From a virus (Duplodnaviria; Caudoviricetes): DNA of 26,234 nt. The notes beneath the pieces were generated by a model. The model was not told the origin of the DNA, ran no database searches, and saw only the letters and a list, made by a program, of their open reading frames with translations. Position numbers and translations under genes: made by a program. The DNA is taken from positions 1 to 26,234 of the IMG/VR virus record IMGVR_UViG_3300031454_000254; one strand, written 5' to 3'. Positions 1 through 8,352 of this stretch are shown here, piece after piece (the first letter of the stretch is position 1; each line of letters starts with the position of its first letter).

Positions 1-429
1 ATGATCCCTGGGAACCCCTACGCCACCGAAACCCTCGATCATCTGCGTGCGGCTCAACGCCGCACCTTGACCGTGCTGCTGCGCGGGAACCTTGGGCCGG
101 TTGTATCCGATGGCCGGCCGGAGTTGGACTCGGATCCGGAGCACCTGCGAGCGGAGGTGGCGTGCCGGGAGCTTGCTGCTGGGCTGCTTGAGGCACATCA
201 GGAGTACCTGGCGAGCTCGGAGCGCGCGCAGATGATCCTCGACGTGCGGGCGATAGCGAACAAGGCTCGTGGCGCCCGATGGGTGGAGCCCGTCGCCGAA
301 TCTCTAGCTCGTCGACTGCCATACGAGGATTTTCCGAACGATCTAGAGAAGGAGCAGCGGCAAGAACTGCGGGACGTCGTGTTCCTCCTCATTGCAGCAG
401 ACGAGCTTGCTGCGCAGTCAAGCGAGTAA
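1..429 (+). CDS. hypothetical protein, probably cargo at the left end of element 1 (start may lie further upstream)
   Basis: 142-aa helical-looking ORF convergent with the head operon; no recognisable motif. Confidence 0.6.
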   Translation: MIPGNPYATETLDHLRAAQRRTLTVLLRGNLGPVVSDGRPELDSDPEHLRAEVACRELAAGLLEAHQEYLASSERAQMILDVRAIANKARGARWVEPVAESLARRLPYEDFPNDLEKEQRQELRDVVFLLIAADELAAQSSE

Positions 430-446
430 AGGCCGTACAGATCAGA

Positions 447-503
447 CGGTGACCCGGGCGCTCGCGTCCGGCCATGCCAGGCGGGGGAGCGTCCGGGCCA
501 CCG
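447..503 (-). terminator. long stem-loop just after the head operon, probable terminator
   Basis: cggtgacccgggcgctc ... gagcgtccgggccaccg inverted repeat; conserved at 10805-10861 in element 2. Confidence 0.55.
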
Positions 504-506
504 GAA

Positions 507-836
507 CTATGCGGCGCGTCTCCTGTAGCGGTGGAGGACGGCCAGTTCGGGGAGGCTCCACCCTTCGAGGGTGCCGGGTCGGACGGCGTAGCTGCCGATG
601 GATTCGGAGGTGGTGTGGGTGGGGTTCTTCACGAGCCGGGCGGTGGCGGTGACGATGACGGCGGCCACGTCGTCGAACGGGTCCCCGGTCGTCGCGTCGA
701 ACCCTCTGCCGCCGGTGTAGGCCCGAACGAAGGCTGTGACGAGCGGCAGGTGCGTTTCGGCCAGGTCGGCGACGGCGAGGTCGCCCCCTTGGCCGAGGAA
801 CGCGGCGACGTCGTACCCGAACGGTGCAGCAGCCAT
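507..836 (-). CDS. head-tail connector/adaptor protein (gp6/gp15-like)
   Basis: 109 aa directly after the capsid gene; VRAYTGGRGF..VIVTATARL..W(S/T)LPELAVLHRYRRRA pattern; homolog at 10865-11188. Confidence 0.75.
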   Translation of the reverse strand: MAAAPFGYDVAAFLGQGGDLAVADLAETHLPLVTAFVRAYTGGRGFDATTGDPFDDVAAVIVTATARLVKNPTHTTSESIGSYAVRPGTLEGWSLPELAVLHRYRRRAA

Positions 837-838
837 CG

Positions 839-1711
839 TCAGATGGTGATGCCGGTGAGGGTGACGACGGCCTCAGGGTTGAGGGGGGCGGCGTCGTAGC
901 GGGCCACGACGCGGATCGCCTGCTGGTCCCAGTCGCCGAACGTCTGGTCGAGGATCTTCACGGACGGGGCCAGGTCGCGGGCGACGGCGATCTGGCTGAA
1001 GTCGACGAGGGCGGCCCGGCCGGTCGGGGTCGCCCCGGTCGTCGCCGGCAGGCGGTTTGTGATGGTGACGCCGTGGCCGAGGAGGCGGTAGGCGCCGCCT
1101 TCCGTGGGGTCGGGCTGGATCAGGTAGCGGCCGGTGGTGTCCTTGGCCTTGCGGAGCCGGACGAAGTCGCGGGAGGTCATCAGCCACCGGACGCGTGTCG
1201 GGTCGACGTTGGCGGCGAGCACGAGCCCCTCGGCGTCCTGCAGGTGGTCGAGGGTGAGTGCGCCGCCCACCGCGAGGGTCTGGGTGCCGGGGTAGGCGAA
1301 CAGTCCCCGAGGGGTGGTGATCCCGTCGCCCGACGCGGAGAGGAACTGGGCGTCGAGCTTCGCTGCCACGTCGGACACGAGGCGGGTGCGGAGGGCGGCG
1401 TCGAGGGCGACGACGGACTGGCGGGCCAGCTCGTTCGAGTAGCGGGTGAGGACCTTGACCGACTTCATGGTCGAGGGGAGGAGGGTCACCTCGTCGAAGG
1501 TGACGTCACGCTCGGGGATGAGCTCGTTCTCGCCGGTCCAGCCGGGGTCGGCGATCGCGGCGCCCATCTTCGGGAGGCGCAGGGGGCCGGCGGTGTCGAA
1601 GATGCGGGGGCCGGCGGCGAGGAAGACGGACGCGGCTGCGAGGGGTTGGACGAGGATCGCTGAGACCTGCTCGGCGGTGAGCTCGGATGCGGTTGCGGTG
1701 GAAACGGCCAT
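839..1711 (-). CDS. major capsid protein (HK97 fold, no delta domain)
   Basis: 290 aa; WTGENELIPE, SNELARQS, LRKAKDTTGRYL, DFSQ..RYD motifs typical of phage major capsids; AAAGG RBS. Confidence 0.93.
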   Translation of the reverse strand: MAVSTATASELTAEQVSAILVQPLAAASVFLAAGPRIFDTAGPLRLPKMGAAIADPGWTGENELIPERDVTFDEVTLLPSTMKSVKVLTRYSNELARQSVVALDAALRTRLVSDVAAKLDAQFLSASGDGITTPRGLFAYPGTQTLAVGGALTLDHLQDAEGLVLAANVDPTRVRWLMTSRDFVRLRKAKDTTGRYLIQPDPTEGGAYRLLGHGVTITNRLPATTGATPTGRAALVDFSQIAVARDLAPSVKILDQTFGDWDQQAIRVVARYDAAPLNPEAVVTLTGITI

Positions 1712-1816
1712 GAGGGCGCCTTTCGATCGTGGGAGTAGTCACACGTCGGGCGCCCGGCCCTTCCGTCCGTGATCGCCAGGACCACGTGTCCGAGTCTACC
1801 TCGATTTGCTGGCTCT

Positions 1817-2263
1817 CTACTGAAGCATCAACTCTGAGAGGAGCTTCTTGAATCTCGCCGCCTCGTCGTGGCTGGTGCGGAAGGAGATATCTTCACCCGA
1901 CGTCGTGACGTTGACGATCGACCGAATGCCCTTCTTGGTGACTCCGACGTGAGACACTCTCGAGATAGGAATCATCTCGGAATCCTGATTCGCTCGCGAC
2001 AACGAGGTCATGCTCTTCGCCTTGATGCGTTCGATCCTGTTGGGATAGAGCACCACCGTCGAGTTGCGTCCATCCTCACCCTTGGAGGTGAGCGTCATCA
2101 GGGATCCCTCCGTGTCCACCTTCGCCACCTTGGCTGTGCGTTCAGCAGCCTCTTCCCTAGTTTTGCTCAGCTGCTCGGCGCGCTTGTCCGCCTTCTCCCT
2201 TAGCTCGGTTCCCTTCTCTTGAGCCTTCGCGTTTGCCTCGCGCATCTTGTCCATGAACCCCAT
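1817..2263 (-). CDS. cargo protein: N-terminal coiled coil plus probable PH-like beta domain
   Basis: 148 aa, Lys-rich, lower GC than neighbours; VVLYPNRI..IPISRVSHV..VNVTTSG pattern resembles bacterial PH domains; absent from element 2. Confidence 0.7.
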   Translation of the reverse strand: MGFMDKMREANAKAQEKGTELREKADKRAEQLSKTREEAAERTAKVAKVDTEGSLMTLTSKGEDGRNSTVVLYPNRIERIKAKSMTSLSRANQDSEMIPISRVSHVGVTKKGIRSIVNVTTSGEDISFRTSHDEAARFKKLLSELMLQ

Positions 2264-2320
2264 GACATCGCTCCCTCTGCACAGTGGATGGTGCTATTCG
2301 TACTACGACTCGCCCCCTCC

Positions 2321-2794
2321 TCAGATCGCGCGGGCCCGGAGGATGCCGGCGAGGTTCGCGGGGTCCTCGGTTCGGGTGGCGCCTTGCCCGATGTCGCCGT
2401 GCGGGCGCCGGCGAGCGAGGTGAGGGCGTCGCGTCACGAGGGCCTTGGCGGCCGCGACGATCTTGTCGGCGTCGGGGAAGCCGTCCTCGTCGAGCAGGTC
2501 GGCCTCGTCGCTGAACATGAGCAGGTCGACGGGGTCGGCGAGGTGATCGGCCGCGACCGAGCGGATGGTGGTCTCGACGAGGCGCCGGTGGAGCTCGTCG
2601 GCTCGGCCTGCCCGCTGGCGGTAGCGGGCGGACTCGTCACGAAGCCGTTGGACGTACTCCCTCGGGAACGTGTCGGGCTCGGTGTCACCCGTGGGCGACG
2701 TGTCTACAGATGTGGACACGTCCTCGCCTTCGCGGACATCTGCGGCAAGGGTCTCGTCCGTCGTGGTCTCGTCGGTGTGCTCGTGCTCGGGCAT
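2321..2794 (-). CDS. capsid scaffolding protein
   Basis: acidic N-terminus, DTFPREYVQRLRDESARYR, LADPxD, C-terminal GDIGQG; ATG 2794 with GGAG RBS; located between portal and capsid. Confidence 0.8.
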   Translation of the reverse strand: MPEHEHTDETTTDETLAADVREGEDVSTSVDTSPTGDTEPDTFPREYVQRLRDESARYRQRAGRADELHRRLVETTIRSVAADHLADPVDLLMFSDEADLLDEDGFPDADKIVAAAKALVTRRPHLARRRPHGDIGQGATRTEDPANLAGILRARAI

Positions 2795-2802
2795 GGGGTC
2801 TC

Positions 2803-3339
2803 CTAACGGGTCGTGGGGATCGGGATGCATGTGCAGCCCTTATGGGTCGGCATCGGGTGGGTGTCGGGCCACACCTGGCCGGCGCTGGCCCACCACGTGC
2901 AGAGCTGGCACGCCTTGGCGGACAGGCCGCGGGTCCAGCCGGTGACGTGCGGGGAGGTCTTCATCCCGTCGCTGTAGGTGTTCGCGGCGGTCGTGAGCGG
3001 TTCGGAGCGGCCGAGCCGGGCTACCCGAGCAGGCGGGTCCGGGGTCTCGTCAAGGGCGGCTCTGAGGGTCCCTGCGGCCCGACGCAGGCGGTCAGGGTCG
3101 GACGGGGGCGGGGTGAGTCCCAGCGGTGCTATAGGGCGTCTGAGGGCGATCGTGATGGCGGCTGCGAGTGCGAGGTCGGCGACCGCCGCGGCTCGACCGT
3201 TCGCTCGGACCACGAGGGCGGCGAGGTAGGCGTCGAACTCGTCGTCGTTCACCTCCCCTGCTGTCCAGCGTGCGTGAATGTCCAGGGCGGCCCGCTCGGT
3301 GATCTCGACGAGGCGGGTGAGGGTGTCCCTGTAGCTCAC
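2803..3339 (-). CDS. minor head / MuF-like capsid maturation protein
   Basis: 178 aa after portal; GWTRGL..ACQLC..H.GC.C motif; GTGA overlap with portal stop. Confidence 0.72.
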   Translation of the reverse strand: MSYRDTLTRLVEITERAALDIHARWTAGEVNDDEFDAYLAALVVRANGRAAAVADLALAAAITIALRRPIAPLGLTPPPSDPDRLRRAAGTLRAALDETPDPPARVARLGRSEPLTTAANTYSDGMKTSPHVTGWTRGLSAKACQLCTWWASAGQVWPDTHPMPTHKGCTCIPIPTTR

Positions 3340-4661
3340 GGCAGGAGCTCCGTCAGGTTCACGCCGGCCGCGTCGAGGGCTTCACCACGTCGGGCTGCCC
3401 GGACCCGTTCGACCTGGGCGGGTGTGTAGCCGAGCTGGGTCAGGGCTTCGCTCACGGGCAGGATGCCGGCGGCGACGAGCTTGGCGGCGGCGTCCGCCGT
3501 CTGAGCCGGGGTGCGGGTCTCGGGGTTCTCCCAGACGGTCTCGACGTCGACGGCGCCCGGGTCGGTCCCGTCGCGCACGCCGATGATGAGGCGGGCCACG
3601 TCGGCCCACGCCTGCCCGAACGTCCGTTGCCGGGCGATGGCCCGGGCGACGAGGGACGCTTCGGCGGAACGGATGGCGTCGGCCGATGGTGGCTGGTCGC
3701 CGTTGAGCCCCAAGTAGTGCGCGGGGAGTCCGGTCACCGCGCCGATCTGCTGGGTGATGACGGCTGCGAGGTCCCCGTAGCCGTCGAGGCGGGCCGCGTC
3801 GAACTGGCCGAACTTGGTCTCGGGGGCTTCGCTCTGCCAGACGCGGCCCAGCTCGTCTGAGAACGGGTTGACCGGGTTGCCGGCCTCGTCCTCAAGGATC
3901 TCGAGCCCGGTCACCCAGCGGCGGGGCCGGGCGTAGAACTCGCTCGTCACCATGGCGTCGGCCATGACCTTGTTCAGCGCGTCGGCGAGGTCGAGCACGT
4001 CGGCCATCTCCGACACGCCGTCGACGTCGAGGAGGCGGCCACGGTTGACGATCGGGACCACGGGGACGATGCCGAGCGGATTGTCGATCGTCTCGGCGAC
4101 GTGCCAGCCGGTGAGCGGGATGGCGCCGGCCTCCACGACGTTGGCCTGCGAGGTGTAGCGGCGGATCACGTCCGGCTCGTAGACGACGGCGTGGCCCTTG
4201 CCGTTGGCGCTCCACCGCTTCACGGCGGCGACCACCTCCCGGGTCGCAGGGTCCCGCTGCACCGCGACCTGGCGGGCTGACTCGACGGTGATCCGTGGCC
4301 CCGTGGTCCCTGCCCACACGATCACGTAGGACCGCCCGTAGACGAGGGCGTCGACGTGGGCCTGGCCGGCGGCGTCCTCCATACCGTTGGCCCGCCAGAC
4401 GCGCCACAGGGCGGCGTCGGGGGCGGCGTCGGGGCCTTCTGTCCGGAAGCCGGTCACGGTGAGGCGTTCCGCCAGCGACAACACGGCGAGGCGGGGGTAG
4501 TTGATCGCCAGGACGCGGAGCCTGTCGGCCAGCGCCGCCCGCGCCGCGGGGGCCAGGTAGGCGGCGGGCTGGGTCCCGGTGAAGTAGGCGTCGAAGGTTG
4601 CGAGGACGGCGGCGTCCTCGTCGATCCTGGCGCCGAGCGTTTCGAGGTGTGCGGTGCTCAT
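3336..4661 (-). CDS. phage portal protein (SPP1 gp6-like)
   Basis: 441 aa from ATG 4661 (ATGA overlap with TerL); NYPRLAV..ERL, ALVYGRSY, NPLGIVPVVP, KFGQF, PPSADAIR motifs. Confidence 0.92.
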   Translation of the reverse strand: MSTAHLETLGARIDEDAAVLATFDAYFTGTQPAAYLAPAARAALADRLRVLAINYPRLAVLSLAERLTVTGFRTEGPDAAPDAALWRVWRANGMEDAAGQAHVDALVYGRSYVIVWAGTTGPRITVESARQVAVQRDPATREVVAAVKRWSANGKGHAVVYEPDVIRRYTSQANVVEAGAIPLTGWHVAETIDNPLGIVPVVPIVNRGRLLDVDGVSEMADVLDLADALNKVMADAMVTSEFYARPRRWVTGLEILEDEAGNPVNPFSDELGRVWQSEAPETKFGQFDAARLDGYGDLAAVITQQIGAVTGLPAHYLGLNGDQPPSADAIRSAEASLVARAIARQRTFGQAWADVARLIIGVRDGTDPGAVDVETVWENPETRTPAQTADAAAKLVAAGILPVSEALTQLGYTPAQVERVRAARRGEALDAAGVNLTELLP

Positions 4662-6121
4662 CGGAACGAGACCACCTTCCTGCCGGCGGTCCGGCGATTT
4701 CCGTGCCAGGCGGCACGGTCGTAGGCGACGATCGCGGCGACCGCCGCGTCGATCTTGCGAGGGCTGTTGCGCTTGTCCTTCGACACGAGGTCGCCGAGCG
4801 AGGTGGACTTCGCCACGCAGTGGGCGACGTGGGAAGCCAGGCGCTCGTCCCCGTCGTGCGTGAGCGTCCCGGAGGTGACCGCCGCGAACATGCGGTCGGT
4901 CGCTGGCGCCATGCGCTGGGCGGCGGCCGTGTTCCATTCGAGGACGCGACGTTCCCCGTGGCGCTTCGCCCATGTGTCGATCTCGGTGCGCCACCCCCAC
5001 GGGTCAGCGGCGAGCTCGATCACGTCGTACTGATCGAACAGGGCGTCGACGGTGGCGTCGACCTCGTTGCGGGGGACGCGCCACCGGGGGTCCCCGTCGT
5101 TCGCCCACACGTCGACGACGAACACGAACCCGTTGAAGGTGCAGCCGATGAGGGCGGTGGAGTCACCAGAGGCGGACCCGTCGAAGGCGGCGACGATCCG
5201 TTCCCCGGGCTCCACGATGCGATCCCGGTCGGCGCACCCGTCCCACGTCCCCCACGGCAGCCAGGAGTCGGCTTGACCCACCCACTGGCCGAGCCGGAAC
5301 CTCCGGAACGCCGGCTCCCGGGTCGTGCGCACGGTGGCCCGCAGGGCGTCCCGGTGTAGGAAGTCGTCCAACGCCGGGTTCGCTACCTTCCACGCGTCCT
5401 CGTCGTCGACGGCGCACCCGTCGGGCGCAGCGAACTCTCGGAACACGAAGGCGCCGTCTCCCCCCGTGCGGGCGTGCTCGACGAGGCGCCACATGATCGA
5501 GTCGATCGAGTCGGCCGGTGTCGAGATGGCGAGGGTGAGGGACTGGTCACGCTTGCCGGCGGCGGACGTGACGGCCTCCCAGACGGCCTCGGTGACAACG
5601 TGCAACTCGTCGACGACCATGAGGGTCGGGTCCCACCCTTGGAGGGCGCCAGGCTCGGCGGGGAGGGTCCGCAGCTCGGAGTCGGTGTGCGGCACGTACA
5701 GCCGGTCTTGGTACACCTGCACCTGCTCGGCGAGGCGCGGTTCGAGCTCCACCATCCGGCGCACCGCCCGGAAGACGTGCCCGGCCTGCCGCTCGTCCGA
5801 GGCGACGATGAGCACCTGGGCGCCCTCCACCTCGTCGGCGAACAAGCCGTAGGCGCCGAGGACCGCTGCGAGCCCGGTCTTGCCGTTCCCTCGCGGCATC
5901 GAGAGGAGCCCCTGCCGTGGCCGGGTCCCGGCCGTCGGGTACAGATCTCGCACGAGGTCGAGCTGCCAGTCCCGCAACCGGAACGGCTCCCTGGCGTCCG
6001 TCCCCTTCGGGACCCGTAGGTACTCACGAGCGAACGCGTCCACCCGTTCCCAGCCCGGCCCCGGTAGGGCCGAGAGGTCCAGCGGCGGCGCCGTAACCGC
6101 CTTCTTGGGGCCGCCCTTCAC
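4658..6121 (-). CDS. terL: terminase large subunit
   Basis: 487 aa from GTG 6121; LRDWQ, Walker A PRGNGKT, Walker B VVDELH, ISTP, ANPAL, nuclease FDGS..D and KIDAAVA. Confidence 0.94.
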   Translation of the reverse strand: MKGGPKKAVTAPPLDLSALPGPGWERVDAFAREYLRVPKGTDAREPFRLRDWQLDLVRDLYPTAGTRPRQGLLSMPRGNGKTGLAAVLGAYGLFADEVEGAQVLIVASDERQAGHVFRAVRRMVELEPRLAEQVQVYQDRLYVPHTDSELRTLPAEPGALQGWDPTLMVVDELHVVTEAVWEAVTSAAGKRDQSLTLAISTPADSIDSIMWRLVEHARTGGDGAFVFREFAAPDGCAVDDEDAWKVANPALDDFLHRDALRATVRTTREPAFRRFRLGQWVGQADSWLPWGTWDGCADRDRIVEPGERIVAAFDGSASGDSTALIGCTFNGFVFVVDVWANDGDPRWRVPRNEVDATVDALFDQYDVIELAADPWGWRTEIDTWAKRHGERRVLEWNTAAAQRMAPATDRMFAAVTSGTLTHDGDERLASHVAHCVAKSTSLGDLVSKDKRNSPRKIDAAVAAIVAYDRAAWHGNRRTAGRKVVSFR

Positions 6122-6501
6122 GATGTCCCCTCGGACAGTGACCGGGACTCTGCCTTCCCCACGGGTCCTTGGCGGGTTCGTTGGACCCCTTCCCCCGTGG
6201 GTCTGGCGGCGCCCCGCTTGCCGTTGCAGGGTCGGCACACGACGTCGACGTCCTCCAGGCGGATCACTAGTCCGGCGTCGTGGCGTTCCCAGGCGCTCGG
6301 GAGGTGGTCGCACGTGAGGTCGCTCGTGGTCCCGCAGTCGGAGCACCACGGCTGTAGACGGCGTGCGCGTTGGCTGAGCTTGTCCCAGGTGGTCCCGTAG
6401 CCCCTCGTGCGGGCCGGGGGCTTCGAGTCGCCGAGGCGGTGGTCGTCGCAGCGCGAGCGGCCGGTCGGTTCACCGCAGTCGATGCATGGGCGGAGGGTCA
6501 C
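6118..6501 (-). CDS. HNH endonuclease (packaging-associated)
   Basis: CxxC..C..H N-terminus, RGYGTTW, WCSDCG..DLTCDH..CRPCN; coupled to terL by GTGA overlap. Confidence 0.85.
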   Translation of the reverse strand: MTLRPCIDCGEPTGRSRCDDHRLGDSKPPARTRGYGTTWDKLSQRARRLQPWCSDCGTTSDLTCDHLPSAWERHDAGLVIRLEDVDVVCRPCNGKRGAARPTGEGVQRTRQGPVGKAESRSLSEGTS

Positions 6502-6707
6502 GGGTAGTCCTCGGGGTTGATGCCGAGCTCGTCCCAGGTCCACCCGAGCACCTCGGGGGAGACGGTGAGGACGGCGGTGCTGGTCTCGTTCTCGATGCCG
6601 AGGGGGATGCCGTCCGCGTCTTCGAGGAAGACGTGCTCGGTGATGGTGACGGTCTTCATGGGGTTCGCCAGGAGGGCGAGCACGACGTCGCGGTCGGGTC
6701 GGGTCAC
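6498..6707 (-). CDS. small hypothetical protein
   Basis: 69 aa; GTGA overlaps at both ends. Confidence 0.7.
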   Translation of the reverse strand: MTRPDRDVVLALLANPMKTVTITEHVFLEDADGIPLGIENETSTAVLTVSPEVLGWTWDELGINPEDYP

Positions 6708-8035
6708 TGGTCCTCCCCGTCCCGAAGGTGCTCACCATCTGCGAAGGTGCTCAAGGTCTGAGCGTGAGCACCTTCGGCATCTTCGTGAGCACCTTCGCTG
6801 AGACGCCACTTCCAGCCGGACTCGGGATCACCCGGTCGGCCCACCTTGATCGCCTTGACGCCGAGCTTCGTCTTCGCCCGACGGAGGGTCGCCTTCGTGA
6901 CCTGGGCGGCGCCGGCTTGCTTCACCACGTCGGCTGACCAGACGGGGCCGTCAGCCAGGATCGACGAGAGGATGGCGCAGGCGTCGGTGAGAGCACCGCC
7001 CTCTGTCTCGTCGGTGCGGGGCGCGACGAGGTCGTCGGCCCGGTGGTGGCTGACGCCTTCCCAAACGACGCGGGCCACGCCGAGGCGGGGGTCGTCCACC
7101 AGGCGGTAGGCGAGCGAGTCGGCGAGCTTTCCCAGGTTCGCCTTTGTCGGGGCGAGGATGCGGCGCTCGGGTTCCTCGGGGTCGACGGCGACGAGCATCC
7201 CGGCGCGGACGGCGCCCATGATCCCGATGGAGCCACCGCCCCGGTAGATGGCACTGCCGCCGCTCGTCTTCGTGAGGTGGCGCAGGATGAGCACGGCGGC
7301 CCCGGTGCGGTTCGCCATGTCGGCGAGGGCGTGCATCGCTCGACGGACGTCCTGGTCGCGATGGGAGTCGACGCCGGCTCCGAGGTACGCCATGAGCGGG
7401 TCGATCACCACGAGGTCGGCGCCGACGCGGGTCACCATCTCCTCGATGTGGGCGACGTCCATCGGGATCGACGGGCTGCGGGGGACACCTTCGGCGTCGA
7501 GGACGTGTTCGAACACGTGCACGAGGTCGAGATTGGCGCCGGCCGCTTCCAGCCTGGGGCGGATCGTGTCGCCGATGGCGTCCTCCGCGGAGAGGAGGAC
7601 CACGGATCGCGGGCCCTTGGAGATCATGTGGCCGGTGGGGAGATCGGTGCCGGTGGTGATGCGGGCGGCCAGGTCGAGCGTGAACGTGGACTTGCCGAGC
7701 CCCGGATCACCGTCGAGGACGGTGAGCTTCCCGCGAGGTATGCGGCCCTGCCAGAGCCAACGGACCTTCTCGCGCTCGACGTCCGAGACCCGCGTGAGGA
7801 CGACCTGTTCGAGCGTGGGGGCGCTGGCGCGCTTGGCAGGCTCTGGCCGAGGCTTGAGCGGCCCCCTGTGGAGCTCGTCTTCGGCGAGCGCTTGCGCTAG
7901 CCCTCGGCTGGGGGCGGGCGCCATTGGCACAACTTCCGCCTGCGGGGAACGCTTCGCCTCGGCGATCCGGAGCAGGCTGGCTGCCCGCTCCTCGGCGGTG
8001 CGGAACGCGCCAAGGGACGACTTCGGGACGGTCAC
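6704..8035 (-). CDS. AAA_25/RepA-type SF4 replicative helicase with C-terminal HTH-like region
   Basis: WLWQGRIPRG, Walker A GDPGLGKS, LSAED, Walker B VVIDP, ILRHLTK, GGSIG, KANL. Confidence 0.88.
   Translation of the reverse strand: MTVPKSSLGAFRTAEERAASLLRIAEAKRSPQAEVVPMAPAPSRGLAQALAEDELHRGPLKPRPEPAKRASAPTLEQVVLTRVSDVEREKVRWLWQGRIPRGKLTVLDGDPGLGKSTFTLDLAARITTGTDLPTGHMISKGPRSVVLLSAEDAIGDTIRPRLEAAGANLDLVHVFEHVLDAEGVPRSPSIPMDVAHIEEMVTRVGADLVVIDPLMAYLGAGVDSHRDQDVRRAMHALADMANRTGAAVLILRHLTKTSGGSAIYRGGGSIGIMGAVRAGMLVAVDPEEPERRILAPTKANLGKLADSLAYRLVDDPRLGVARVVWEGVSHHRADDLVAPRTDETEGGALTDACAILSSILADGPVWSADVVKQAGAAQVTKATLRRAKTKLGVKAIKVGRPGDPESGWKWRLSEGAHEDAEGAHAQTLSTFADGEHLRDGEDQ
6723..6797. repeat. 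four 12-bp iterons, putative origin of element 1
   Basis: CGAAGGTGCTCA at 6723 and 6742; reverse complement TGAGCACCTTCG at 6765 and 6786. Confidence 0.8.
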
Positions 8036-8193
8036 GCTGCCTCCCGAGCTGACGTCGATGACGGGGCAGGACCCAGCAGGGCGGCGACACTGGCGAGTAC
8101 CGCCGGGTCGTCGACCTGGCGTGGGAGCCCCTGACGGGTTCGACTGGCGAGGAGTCGGTCGACGTGATCGTCGAGGGGTGTGGGCTTCGGCAT
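8032..8193 (-). CDS. 53-aa protein, putative recombination directionality factor (absent from ORF track)
   Basis: MPKPTPLDDHVDRLLASRTRQGLPRQVDDPAVLASVAALLGPAPSSTSAREAA; GGAGAG RBS; stop overlaps helicase GTG; positional and sequence homolog of 18476-18607. Confidence 0.65.
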   Translation of the reverse strand: MPKPTPLDDHVDRLLASRTRQGLPRQVDDPAVLASVAALLGPAPSSTSAREAA

Positions 8194-8352
8194 GGCGATC
8201 TCTCCCGGGACATAGCTTCGCTAGGGGAGAGGACCGCTGAGTCCCCGCACTGAGTGCCTACCGGATCGATTACCCGCTGTGCGGGCCACCGCGATCCGGG
8301 CGGTGCCAGTTCTGCCGCGCCTGGTGCGCGATCTGAAATTACACGCTGGGGA

